NCBI GenBank assembly: GCA_043228905.1 | Contig: JBHGNT010000002.1 | Span: 23,808,001-23,872,000 of the forward strand | DNA from: Azolla caroliniana | Taxonomy: Eukaryota > Plantae > Polypodiophyta | Direction: 5' to 3' | Length of the DNA stretch: 64,000 bases | Shown: positions 1 through 11,265 of the stretch, in pieces | Numbering within the stretch: the stretch's first letter is position 1 | Layout: each line of letters opens with the position of its first letter | Notes under the pieces: model-generated | What the model was told of the DNA's origin: nothing | What the model saw: only the letters and a program-made list of their open reading frames with translations | Database searches by the model: none | Translations under genes and position numbers: made by a program

Positions 1-1377
1 TCGCCAAAAAAAGTGATTTCTAGGATCAAAATCCGACCATAAGGATCAATATGCACCACTTGAGGATACTATTTATCCTGCACGATTAATACCACACCTG
101 AATAATGATTATTAAGATGTCATGCATAGAATGATGAATATCCATGTAAATGAACTATGGATCCTGCTAACTCATGACACTTATGCTCAACTGCACATAA
201 TACATCCCATTCTTTACTTAACCAAGTTTCCCATAATATATACTTCTTATGAGGAGAACATGGCCCTCTCACATTCCATGTTACCACTTTCATTGAATGA
301 ACAATGTTATGGGTGTAGTTGCTCCTTTAGAGCAACCGGTGTCATGAAACTAGTCAAAACATGCTCCAATGCTACATATGGATTTTCTCATTAATTTCCT
401 CAATACCCTTAAACCTCTTAGAGCTTCCAATGTCTTCCCTTTCACGATTACATTCAACCATCATATTACTCTTTTTTGTATCCATTGTTTCCATATCAAT
501 GTCCCCCACAATTTGTGAGGAATTCATGTTTATATCCATTATTCTTTAGGTGATATTGATCCAGGATAAAAACAACTTTCCATGAACAAGAGAGACAACC
601 GGAACTCACTTGATTGAAGAGGTCAAAGATGATGAAGACAATAGAAGACCCACAATGTGTGTTGAGTATGTGGATGCCGATAACACAAGATTCCTTATTT
701 CTATTGCTGCTTCTCGTACAGACCCCCAAATTTAAGTTGCTATATCTCGTTACAAAACTCTAATCGAGGGCTTTCTAATACGTTCTTTGTGCCGACTTCT
801 ATTGCCGATAGAGAGCGCAACAATAAAAACAGATTCTCTTCTTCTTCTTCCCCTCTCCACTCTTGCTTTTTTCTCTGTTTCTGTCTCTCTCTCTGTTTCT
901 GTCTGTTGCTACGGTACCGTTTGCTGCCATCTACGGTCGTGCTGCCGTCTATGACTATCTTCTATACGCGTGTTTTTGTTGCGTTTGTGCGTTCTGCTAT
1001 TGCGTTGCCGTCTGTTGTCGTGTTGCTGTCTATTGTCATGTTGTGTCGTTTGTTGCCGCGATGTCGTGTGTTGCCATCTACGACCGTCTGCGGGCGTACT
1101 GTCGTGTTGCTTGCTATTCTGTTGACGTCGCATACTGCCCCTTGCCTGTGCGTGCGTGGTCTGTGTTATTGTTACCGTTGTAAAGTGCACATTCTTGGTG
1201 AACCTTTGAGGTGTGTGCGTTTCACTTTGAGTGCTAGCCTCCTTTGGTGGGTTCTTTCGACGTGCTCGTTGCGTGCTACATGCGAACCGATGAAATGCCG
1301 ATGTGAATGCGACTTCCACACAAACTTGGCTAAGTCTCCCACCCATTTCTTTTATCTTTTTTCTTATTGACACCATA

Positions 1378-2123
1378 ATGATGTCTAAATGAAAGACTTT
1401 TTAGACATGTTTAACCATTTAGCAAAAATAGAGATGGATATGAGAAAATGGGCGAAAGACACCAAAACCCACAAGAAAAAAGATAGAGAGGAAAAAGATG
1501 CCCTTAAAGCCGAAATAGAGAAACGTAAAGTGGAAAACACCATTTGAGGTATCTAGGGATGACGGTGAAATATCCTCCGTAGAGGATATAAAGGAAGAGA
1601 TTAAAAAAGTTAAAGAGGAAGTTAAAACTGACATGGAGTTAGCTAAAACAGGTTGGGTAGATGTGGTTAAAAGAAACATTTGAAAAGAAATAAAAGATGA
1701 AAATATTGTTAACACTACCCTTGACGAAGAGAAAATGCGTCAAGCCCGACGCTTAAATGTACTTGTCACCGGGTTCAAAGAAGATGCATCACCCGTCGAG
1801 GATGCACAAACACTTGGGAAATGTTAGGGTACACAAAGGCCCTACCTATCACCAAAGCTTGGAGGGCCGGACGTGACACAACTAGGAAGAGATCTGTAGT
1901 CCTTCAATTTAAAGACTTAGAATCTGGAATCACATTCTTTACGAAGAGACCAATTCTTCAAGGATTAGGTGGGGACCCTATCTATCTAGATGAAGACCTC
2001 ACTAAGATGCAAATTGAGCACCAAAAAAGTTGTATGCCAAGAGTGATGCAAGCTCGTAAAGAAGGGCATCACGCCTTTTATCGAGACAGGCTAGTGATCA
2101 TAAATGATCGCGCTACTAATTGA
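1378..2123 (+). pseudogene. LINE ORF1 (coiled coil, RRM and CTD type), with stops and a frameshift near 1820
   Basis: Translates to EEKMRQARRLNVLVTGFKE ... RSVVLQF ... IYLDEDLT, the typical LINE ORF1 RNA-binding motifs. Confidence 0.75.
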
Positions 2124-3569
2124 CGGCGTGCGACCCATGTGACAGAAAATACATTTAGGATGACCTTATGGAATTGTAACGGTGCACTCTGGACACACCA
2201 TGGCAACCTAGAGGAGATATTAAAGGTATCAGATATACTTTTCTTGGTAGAAACATACCAAAGCCAAGATAGAGGACTCCCACGAGTCGAAGGATTTCGT
2301 TGGGAGTCTGCATTTAGACAAACCTCACATCGACGCACTACCTGAGGATCTGGAGGTGTTGCAATATTGTTTCAGAGAGAGCTACATAATAGGCTAGAAA
2401 TACTAAGGACAGACCCAGAAGCTCATTGCGTGTGGGTGAAAGTCTTCACGAGCAAAGACCATGCAATATTTTTTGCCATTTGTTACTTTCCCCCGAAAGG
2501 ATCTCGTTATAATATGGCTGTAGAGGCGAATTTAATTGATGAAGGAGTGCAACATGGGCCTTCTCCATACAAACCTCTATTGGATGACATAATCCGATAT
2601 TCTTCCCAAGGAGAAGTCTTCCTTGTAGGAGATTTCAATGCAAGAACCCAATCCCGACAATGCACAATATTTTAGATAAATGGAAACTTAGAAATGGTAA
2701 ATGTCGATCCTTTAGAGATAGGCACCACACGTAGATCAAAAGATGAAGGTGAGGACACCACGAGCTTTGGCCATCATTTGGTCGAACTTGGTAGTCGGCA
2801 CCGGATGGTCATATATAATGGTTTGACCAAGTTGCTAGGCTCGAAAGAGCTCACATGTTTCCCACATGCAGGAGGGGAAAACATAGTTAACACCAGGTCA
2901 TTTGAAACAGGTAATATGTCGCATTCTCTTTTTCATATCTTAGTGAGATGTCAAAAAATGCCTTATTTAAGTAGAATTCCAAAAAGGCACGACGCATGCA
3001 TATGTGGTTTATGAAAACATAGGGAAAAATAGAACTAACTAATATCACTTCAACAAAATCATCCGACGTATATTCTATCTACCATGTTTTTGTCCAAATC
3101 TTAGACAAGGGTATATTTGTCAATGCAAGTATAATAGTAACACGAGTCCTTGTCATAATATTCTAAAAAGCATACCCCATTGAATAAGTGACTTCTTCTA
3201 ATTATGTGTGGATATTTATATATAATATATCTTAAAGCAAATTGTGAACCTTGCAATTAAGAGATACTACTATGTCAGGAGAAAATTTACATTGACACGT
3301 GATACATGACATCGTCAATGTATAAATAAACTAGTCTACAATAACATTCCAATCATACGAGTAAATGATAGAGTATAAATTTATCTCCCATATACCCCAA
3401 ATGATAAAGGAGAGTTTAAACAACATGTACACATACAAATATACTTAATCTCTAAGTTCAATGATTGTTACACGAAAATTATAAGTAAGCTCAACTTATA
3501 TATTACGTCAAAATTTAACAATTCATATTGTTCAAATTTTACAATAAGCCATATCCATTCAATAAAATA

Positions 3570-3930
3570 ATAAGTCTAGTAAAGCCGTCTCCTCAAGATT
3601 AGCTCTTTCATCAAGATTGTCCTCAATCGCTTCGTCAGTACGTTAAGTTGAATCGTTAGTATGTTCAGACTCTGGTACGTCTTCTAATTCAAAAAGGTGC
3701 CCTGCGTCTTCATCTATAGGTTCCATAGGTTCTCTAAAAGTCATCTAGAACATCTAAGTTTCATTGATATGCTTTGCCCCAACTTCTTGGTCTTGATCAA
3801 GACAACCCCAAATACCTTGGATCCTCATTTTGATGAAATTAACTTGCTCAGGGTCCTTCTCTAATGCAACAGAGTTCTTGATCATCTTTAAGGCACATGT
3901 TTTAGTAGTACACGATAGTAGAATGAAATT
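3570..3930 (-). pseudogene. Decayed coding-like exon of unknown product (CALKMIKNSVALEKDPEQVNFIKMRIQGIWGCLDQDQE... acidic tail)
   Basis: The minus-strand frame has protein-like composition and 3 in-frame stops. A donor-like CAG|GTATAT lies upstream at ~4001. Confidence 0.35.
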
Positions 3931-4073
3931 GCATAGGTAACATCAAATTGAAGAATAGACTATAATGTTAATCTAAATTGATGTAAGTTTTATATTATAT
4001 ACCTGTGTCAGAAAACAAATCTAAAACCCATTGAAAATTTGAAAAAATAAAATTTGAAAAAATAAAAAATCTT

Positions 4074-4905
4074 GGATTTTCAACTGGAATCCAATGCGAT
4101 GCACTAGATTTCAGTTGAAAATCCAAGATTTTTTTTATTTTGTAATTTTTAAAATTTTTTCCATAAAAAAATAATAAATGGATTTTCAGCTAAAATACTA
4201 TGCACTACATTATATTTTAGTCTATATAGCTAGAATCTAATGCAATGTGTTTGATTAAAATCGAAAATTTTCTATGTTATTTATTTATATTTTTTTCCAT
4301 ATAAAAAAATAATAAATGGATTTTCAATTGAAATCCGATGCACTACATCAATTTGTAGTCTATACAGCTAGACATCGATGTAGTGCATCAGATTTTAGTT
4401 GGCAATCCTTTTTCTTTTCAATTGTTTTTCATTTTTTCGAAAAATAAATAAAAATATGTTAAAAAAGTGGATTTCCAACTGAAATTTGATGCACTACATC
4501 GAATTTCAAATAAAAATCCAAATTTCTTTTAGTTTTTTCATAAAACAATGAAATAATAAAAAAATATTGCATTTTCAACGAAAATCTGATCCATTGAGTC
4601 AGATTTCACTTGAAAATCAATGATAAAGAAAAATATTGGACTTTCAACGGAAATCCGGTGTAGTGCAATGGATTTCCGTTGAAAATCCCTTTGAAAATGA
4701 TGGACTTTCAACGGGAATCCGATGCACTGCATCGGATTCCCGTTGAACATACATCATTTTAAATGGAAAAAATCACAATTTGTTTATTTTTAACAATTTT
4801 TTAGGGAAAAATTATAAAAAAAATAAGAAAATTTGAAAACAAATAAGAAAAAGTGGATTTTCAACTAAAATCCGATGCAATGCATCGGATTTCCGTTGAA
4901 AATCC
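4074..4905. repeat. Array of ~8 imperfect ~51-bp palindromes (consensus GGATTTTCAACTGAAATCCGATGCA-N-TGCATCGGATTTCAGTTGAAAATCC) separated by A/T-rich spacers
   Basis: Copies start near 4074, 4180, 4318, 4469, 4569, 4638, 4702 and 4855. The last is near-perfect; two have extended loops. Confidence 0.85.
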
Positions 4906-7900
4906 ATTTTTCAATTTTCAAAAAAATGGATTTTATGGAAAAATAAAAAAATTTCAGAAAAAATACAAAAAAATTTCAAAAAATATGAAAATTTGGATGC
5001 CTTGAAGTTACCCACATGATTAACTCCTTCCGGGTGGACCCATGTCCTATTGGCGTGGACCATAGTTTCTTATACTTTGCGCTAAAATGCGATATCTCCA
5101 AAGTCACCAACTCTAGTCAACCAAGCCATCATACCACAATACACTTCACACACGAGCTCTCTTACATATACTCTCGACATGTTCAGACCCATCTCTCCTC
5201 TCTTGATCCCTCACCTTTAGAGAGCCTTACTACGGAACTTACACACATCCTTCACTCCGCTGTAGTTAGCAGTTTCCCATGATATAGGAAACACTCCAAT
5301 CAAGGTAGATTAGGATCTATGCCACAAAATAGATGGTATGATGAGGATTATGGAGACTTACATAGACAACTTACAGTGTCGCAACTCAATGGTACTATTA
5401 CCTCAATACAAGCTCGCAAATAAATGCGCAAGATGACATGTCGTAAGAGACGAGTATGGGATGCATCCCAATATTGGGAACTCTACCATATGCTCATGAG
5501 TAGTGATTGCACCACTGCATGGAAGAGACTATGAGAACCAAGACCACGAACACCCATCGAGGATCCCAACACTTGGCACACATATATAGAGAGATTTTAC
5601 CAAGTCCCAAACCAACCACCCATTCCAATGCCTTCTACACCCCAACCAACCATGGGGACACTTTTCATGACCTCTAGGATCACGAAGGTCATAAAGAAAT
5701 TACAACATAGGAAGTCCATGGACCACACAGGGTTGCGAGCAGAACACATCATATATGCACGAGAGTGCCTAGCTCCCTTTCTAACTCTAATCTTCAATCG
5801 TGCCCTCATTGAGGATTTTCCACCATAGTGGACTATGAACACAGTGCCCCCCATACATAAAGGAGGGGACCCCATGGACCCTAATACATATAGGACCATT
5901 ATGATAGGTCATACACTTGCTAAATTATATGGTGTAGTAATGGAAGCAGAGCTTAGCGATTATATGGAGACCATAAATCTTTGCGCACTTGAACACGCTG
6001 GCTTTAGACGAGCATTCGCTACTATTGATTATATCTTCACACTTAGATGCTTAATTGACCAGACAAAGGCTCGCAAGAAGAAATTATATTGTTGTTTTGT
6101 GGATTTTGAACGCAAAGCCTTTGACATGGTCCCTAGAGAGTGGTTCTTTGATAGGCTTAAAAGCTTGAGGATACCAAATAACATGATTTGGGCCATCTAC
6201 GCACTATATGAGCAAGTCTCCGGGTGCATCTGATGCCCAAGTGGCGTATCCAATTGCTTCACTAGCACTATTGGTGTAAAACAAGGCTACCCCCTATCAT
6301 CGACTCTTTTCGGGATCTACATTGATGAGATCACTGATTTTATTACTTGTAAGGGAGGCAACGGAGTAGTCCTTGGGGATACGCAGGTTTGTATCTTGCT
6401 CTATGCAGACAACATAGTTTTGCTCTTTGAATCTGAACATGACCTACAAAGGCACCTTAATGCCTTAGATGACTTTTGCACACAAACGAGGATTGGTTAT
6501 AGTGAATCTAGGGAAAACTAAAGTCCTTATCTTCCACACATCGGCCCAAGTTAGAGCTAAGTGTCACCTAACCATGTCCCATAGCCTAGTTGAGGTTGTT
6601 GGATCATATGTGTATCTCAGAGTCACTTTCAATGCCTGCTTAGGTAAATTTTCGATGTCAACACAGGCAACAAAGGATAGACTTACGAGAGGACATACAT
6701 CCCTCTCACTCCTAGAGAGACAATGCCACCAAGAATACTTTCAAGAGCCATAGAGTAAGGGGTGGCTCTTTGACTCATTAGTGACCCCCTCCCTCATGTA
6801 TGCATCAATGGTTTGGGATCCCGGGCTACCATTTTTCATGTGGACGTAACTAGAGAGACTATTGGTGAGGATTTTATCACACCAACTCCGAAGCAAATCG
6901 ACAGTACCACATGACATTATTAGAGCGGAGTTCACTTTACCCCCGATGTTAGTAGAGGCACTTTTTCAACTTGTAGTCTTTATTCATACGATACATATCC
7001 AACCACATGATAGGATATCTCATCAAGCCTTTGAGACCTCTCGATCACTGTATGAGTCCAGCTATACTAGCTCATGGTATGGCATGATGGTGAGTTGGCT
7101 TCTTGCGAACGTTCTAATCATTAATAACCTAGCTCTCCTTAGGTACAACCACGCGATTGATAACACTTTAATCTCTCACGAGGATCGTAATAAAGTAATA
7201 CACCAAGAAATATGGCAAATTTACACTCAGTATAAATGGATCACCCCACTAGAGCCACTCCGCTAAAATGTTTTACTATAAGGAACACTTCATGCACTTA
7301 GCTAAGTTAGGTTTTATTACACGACCAAAATATCTAGATGCATTCTTACCAAATGCACTAAGGGTTGCCATTGGACAACTTAGAATATCATGTCACCAAC
7401 TTGAGATTGAGAATGGTCATACTAATGGAGTCCTTAAGGAGGAAATGATATGTAGACTATATCACACAGAGATAGAGGATGAGTACCACTTTACATGCAA
7501 GTGTCCAACTTACGCCGAGATACTCTAGATATAAAGAAATTAGGCAGATATATCCTAGAGCTAAAACAACACAGAGAGAATAAGCTACAAAATGTTGACA
7601 ATAATGTTTCTAATATTCCCCAACATGTAACAAATGAAGTTTTTCAAGGACAAGGGGAGACAACGAATGTCGACACACTTGCACCACTCGGCCTCTTCCT
7701 TGATGAAGCAGAAAACCAAAGAAGAACCAAACGCCTTCGGATGCCAGGTTTCAAAGCAACTTGAAATGGTGTAGAAGCAATTAAGAAAATGAGGGAACAT
7801 GAGTTACACCACCTAGAAGCCATGGCTAGGGCACTCTCTATACCAAGACCACGGGTCACACCCACACAGAAACCCTTTGACCTCCCACTTCTTTTCGAGA

Positions 7901-8149
7901 GGCTTGGGTGGAAATGAAATTAGGCTTAGTGTAAAGTCATTTCCTTTATCGAATTTGTTATACCATACCACGTTCTGTACAATACTAGAACTCTTTTAGC
8001 TTAAGTTCTATTTTTATTTTATTTTGCTAGTTTTGATGATTGGATAAATACCCCATTTTGTTGTACACCAATTGTCTCATGGGCCAAATTTGGCCTTAGA
8101 CGATGTTAACATATCTTTCTTTCTTTCTTCTTTCTCTCTCTCTCAACCT

Positions 8150-10600
8150 ATCACTTTCTTATGGTTAAAAGAAAAAGAAAAACGGTGATTCCAAAAAATT
8201 ACAACTTGTTAGAGGTCATAAGATTATATTTATATCCCAACTTGGTAATGTCTTTAACATCATAGACCTTGGCTTTGACCATATACCGAAATCGTCCATG
8301 AAAGAAAACTTGGGATCAAGGAAATTCTTCTCATTATGATAATAACATTCCCCATCACGGAATCTCCACATGTCCCATAGCACATCTATATTGCAGTAGA
8401 TGATGGGTTACTTCTTGTGAATTGAAGACATCACCCTACACATTTAAGGTTATATGGCTTAACTACTAAAGTATATCATTTTCTTACAAGATAATTAATT
8501 TGATGCATTAGATCACTATACAATCTTGAATCCTATAATAGAACTAGTCGTGCAAATAAGACATTTGGCAACCATGCACACATGTGCAACATTTAAGGTT
8601 ATATGGCTTAACTACTAAAGTATATCATTTTCTTACAAGATAATTAATTTGATGCATTAGATCACTATACAATCTTGAATCCTACAATAGAACTAGTCGT
8701 GCAAATAAGACATTTGGCAACCATGCACACATGAGCAAACATATGGCAACCTTACAAGCATCTCTTACCAGTATAATAGGATATGGGATGCCTTTGATTG
8801 AATTTAGAGGTTCCTTGATAGAGGAGAGTGGCCTCTTGTATATTGATCTGTGTAACATAGCATATTACCCAAAAATGTCGCCCAATATATTCCCTGTTGA
8901 ACATCCCACCATCTTGATGGGTTTCTTCCTTCATTCCAATGGGTATTCTCTTTATGATTTCTGTCTTTTCTTTTATATATCATAATCAACAAACACAACC
9001 TTAACCATATCATCATCATTTTCGATATGGCCATCTACATTAATTATGTTATCCACATACACACCTAGATTATCATCATAATCTTACTTACATAGATTCA
9101 TTATACGCTTCCCAAAGCACTTCATATATTCCTTATCATTATCCTCTCAACATGGACACTTGTCCTTACCATTTTATGATACTTACCTTTAACCTTAGCA
9201 TTGACAAATATACTATAAATACACTACCATATTTTATCATCACTAGACTCCCCCTTATCTTAGGCTCACTCTCACCCTCATAATCAAAACCTAAACCACA
9301 TGTAGTCTTTTCATCATCACAAACATAGTCATTACGATAACATATAGGTGATGAAAGTCCTCCCTTTTCCAACTTTCCCTTGTGTACATGAATCTATTCC
9401 AACCTTCTATCCTCTTCTCATCATCATGTCAGCGCACCATGACTAAAACCATGATGATAATCTTTCTCATCATATAGTGGTCTCCTTCTACATTTCATGG
9501 ATCATCACAACCACAGTTGCTACAATGATTGTCTCCATCCTCATTTTATCTCCTCATGTCTTCATTTTCATTTTCACGTGTCCCATTATGAGCATAACCA
9601 CGATATTTTTTATCCTCATCTAACCTCCTCTTTTCTTTCTTATCCTCATGAGATATCTCAACTATGATATCCTTCTTCTTTCGGTCTCGTAGTTTCGATC
9701 TTCATCACATGGTCGATCACAACTAAAACTATGATGATCTTGATTGTTTCCCAATATTTTCTCATAGTATTCATGGTCATGTGATTCATCACAACCACCA
9801 CCTCAATAGACAATATCCTCTTGCTTGTGAACATATGTGTCCTTCAGCTCTGATTTCGATGTCATCATTTTCAAATCTAGTTCACATACATGCCTCATAG
9901 AGTGCCCAAAGCAATAGGCTAGCTCAAATTTTCCTCTCACCAAGTCGATCCAGGCAAAACAAGAACTCTACTTAAAAACTAAATGGTTTTGCATAATGTG
10001 AAGGAAAGAGGGACGAATGTTTCTTATGTAGGTTCCTGGTTTTCAACCACATTAGAAAGAAGTATGCCACCCTCTTCATGGACTCCACTACCATTCCGAA
10101 AATGGTGGAGAAGTCTAACCCCAATAAGTTTGGCCAGACATTGCTTGAACTTCAAAAGCATAAAGAATCATTGGCATGCTTGGTGCACAATAGTCACACA
10201 CCACTGATTTCTTCCATGGTTCTTTACCTCGATTAACAAGATGTTGAGGAGTCACGATAGAGCAAGCATAGGAATGCCAATAACAAAAGAGATTCCTCAT
10301 ACCAGGATATAAGCTTAGCACATGTGATCATCACAAAATCATGGAGATAGTTTCTTGCCATGCCTTATCCACACAAGGACACACAAATGCACTTGCTACA
10401 TTTCTTCATAACATCATTTCATTGCACCAACCAACCTTGGATATAAAGGCCAATCACCACTACTCTAGTACATAGTAGTTATTGACATCAAGCTTGTAAA
10501 CCATCTCAATAATCATTCCACCACAAACATTAAGATAATGATCAAGAGCTAAATTAGGAACAATCGAGATTTTATTTTAATGTGGACGACATGAATCCAC
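8150..10600 (-). other. Heavily decayed coding-like sequence, possibly an old retroelement relic
   Basis: Minus-strand frames contain charged, protein-like segments with frequent stops, but no diagnostic motif was recognised. Confidence 0.25.
8440..8733. repeat. Direct tandem duplication, 149-bp period, nearly identical copies
   Basis: ACATTTAAGGTTATATGGC... starts at 8440 and 8589. Confidence 0.9.
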
Positions 10601-10613
10601 CCATATTTGGCAC

Positions 10614-10842
10614 TATGATTTATATCATAGGCCAATTGACCTTTAGGAGATGGCAATCTATCTTTGTTTCGTTGTCTCTCTCTTAGTGCATCACGATGGT
10701 AGTTTCGTAAAAGCAAGGTAGAAGCAATTCACCATGATTTATATCATAGGCCAATTGACCTTTAGGAGATGCCAATCTATCTTTGTTTCGTTGTCTCTCT
10801 CTTAGTGCATCACAATTGACCTTTAGGAGATGCCAAATCTAT
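10614..10842. repeat. Local tandem duplication (~80-bp unit twice plus a partial third)
   Basis: ATGATTTATATCATAGGCCAATTGACCTTTAGGAGATG... occurs at ~10615 and ~10734, and AATTGACCTTTAGGAGATG recurs at ~10814. Confidence 0.85.
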
Positions 10843-11265
10843 TTCGTTTAGGGTCGATGTCAATAATGTGAAGAGGTCACATCATACATGTGCAATGTAC
10901 TCTTGCATGATTAAATATTGGTGACATGCCATGTGCGTTGTTATAATTTGGTCTTTATCAAATCAACAATCAATAACAACAGTAGTGAACATGTTATAGC
11001 TTTCTTTATTGTGGACAAATGACTCAAGTATTCAGAGATGTCAATAACTTGGAGTGAGGCCCACGATCAGCTCATTATTAGGTCTTTATCAAATCAACAA
11101 TCAATAACAATAGTGAAAGAACCCAAGATGGACCCTCACTACTGATGGAGATTTCTGGTAATTTTTCAAAAATCTCCCCATGTTTATATACAAAAGCTTA
11201 TAGCTTTCCTTATTGTGGACAAATAACTTGACGAGTATTCCGAGACCTATTAAATATTTTTGCAA

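Larger units (their letters stand above)
2889..4992 (-). other. AT-rich insertion inside the LINE endonuclease, probably a captured fragment of another element, containing a decayed exon and a palindrome array
   Basis: LINE coding similarity stops at ~2888 and resumes at ~4995. The conserved DY dipeptide is lost and no TSD is visible. Confidence 0.7.
2139..7530 (+). pseudogene. LINE ORF2 (APE endonuclease, reverse transcriptase, zinc-knuckle-like motif), multiply disrupted and split by a 2.1-kb insertion
   Basis: ORF fragments at 2139, 2367, 2694, 5016, 5628, 5835, 6469, 6862 and 7268 are collinear. The endonuclease reads TCFPHAGGENIV up to ~2888 and resumes GCLEVTHMINSF..GVDH at ~4995. Confidence 0.88.
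790..8144 (+). mobile_element. Decayed non-LTR retrotransposon (LINE, RTEX-like): 5' UTR, ORF1, ORF2 (APE endonuclease, RT, C-terminal Cys/His motif) and microsatellite tail; interrupted at ~2889-4992
   Basis: Collinear ORF1 motifs, APE motifs (WNCNG, LVET, GGVA, GDFNAR, DH), RT motifs (PIHKGGD, YRTI, GFR, FVDF..KAFD, GVKQG.PLS, LLYADN) and CRL..EIEDEYHFTCKC. Ends in (TTTC)n(TC)n at 8114-8144. The 5' boundary is approximate and no TSD was found. Confidence 0.85.

Noticed and set aside
549-790. Possible host exon (LIEEVKDDEDNRRPTMCVEYVDADNTRF)
   Set aside because: It contains in-frame stops, shows no recognisable homology and has no supporting neighbouring exons.
789-1376. 193-aa and 155-aa ORFs
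   Set aside because: They lie in the low-complexity LINE 5' UTR and have no recognisable domain.
4074-4905. CRISPR array
   Set aside because: The context is eukaryotic, there are no cas genes, repeats are degenerate, and spacers are low-complexity and of irregular length.
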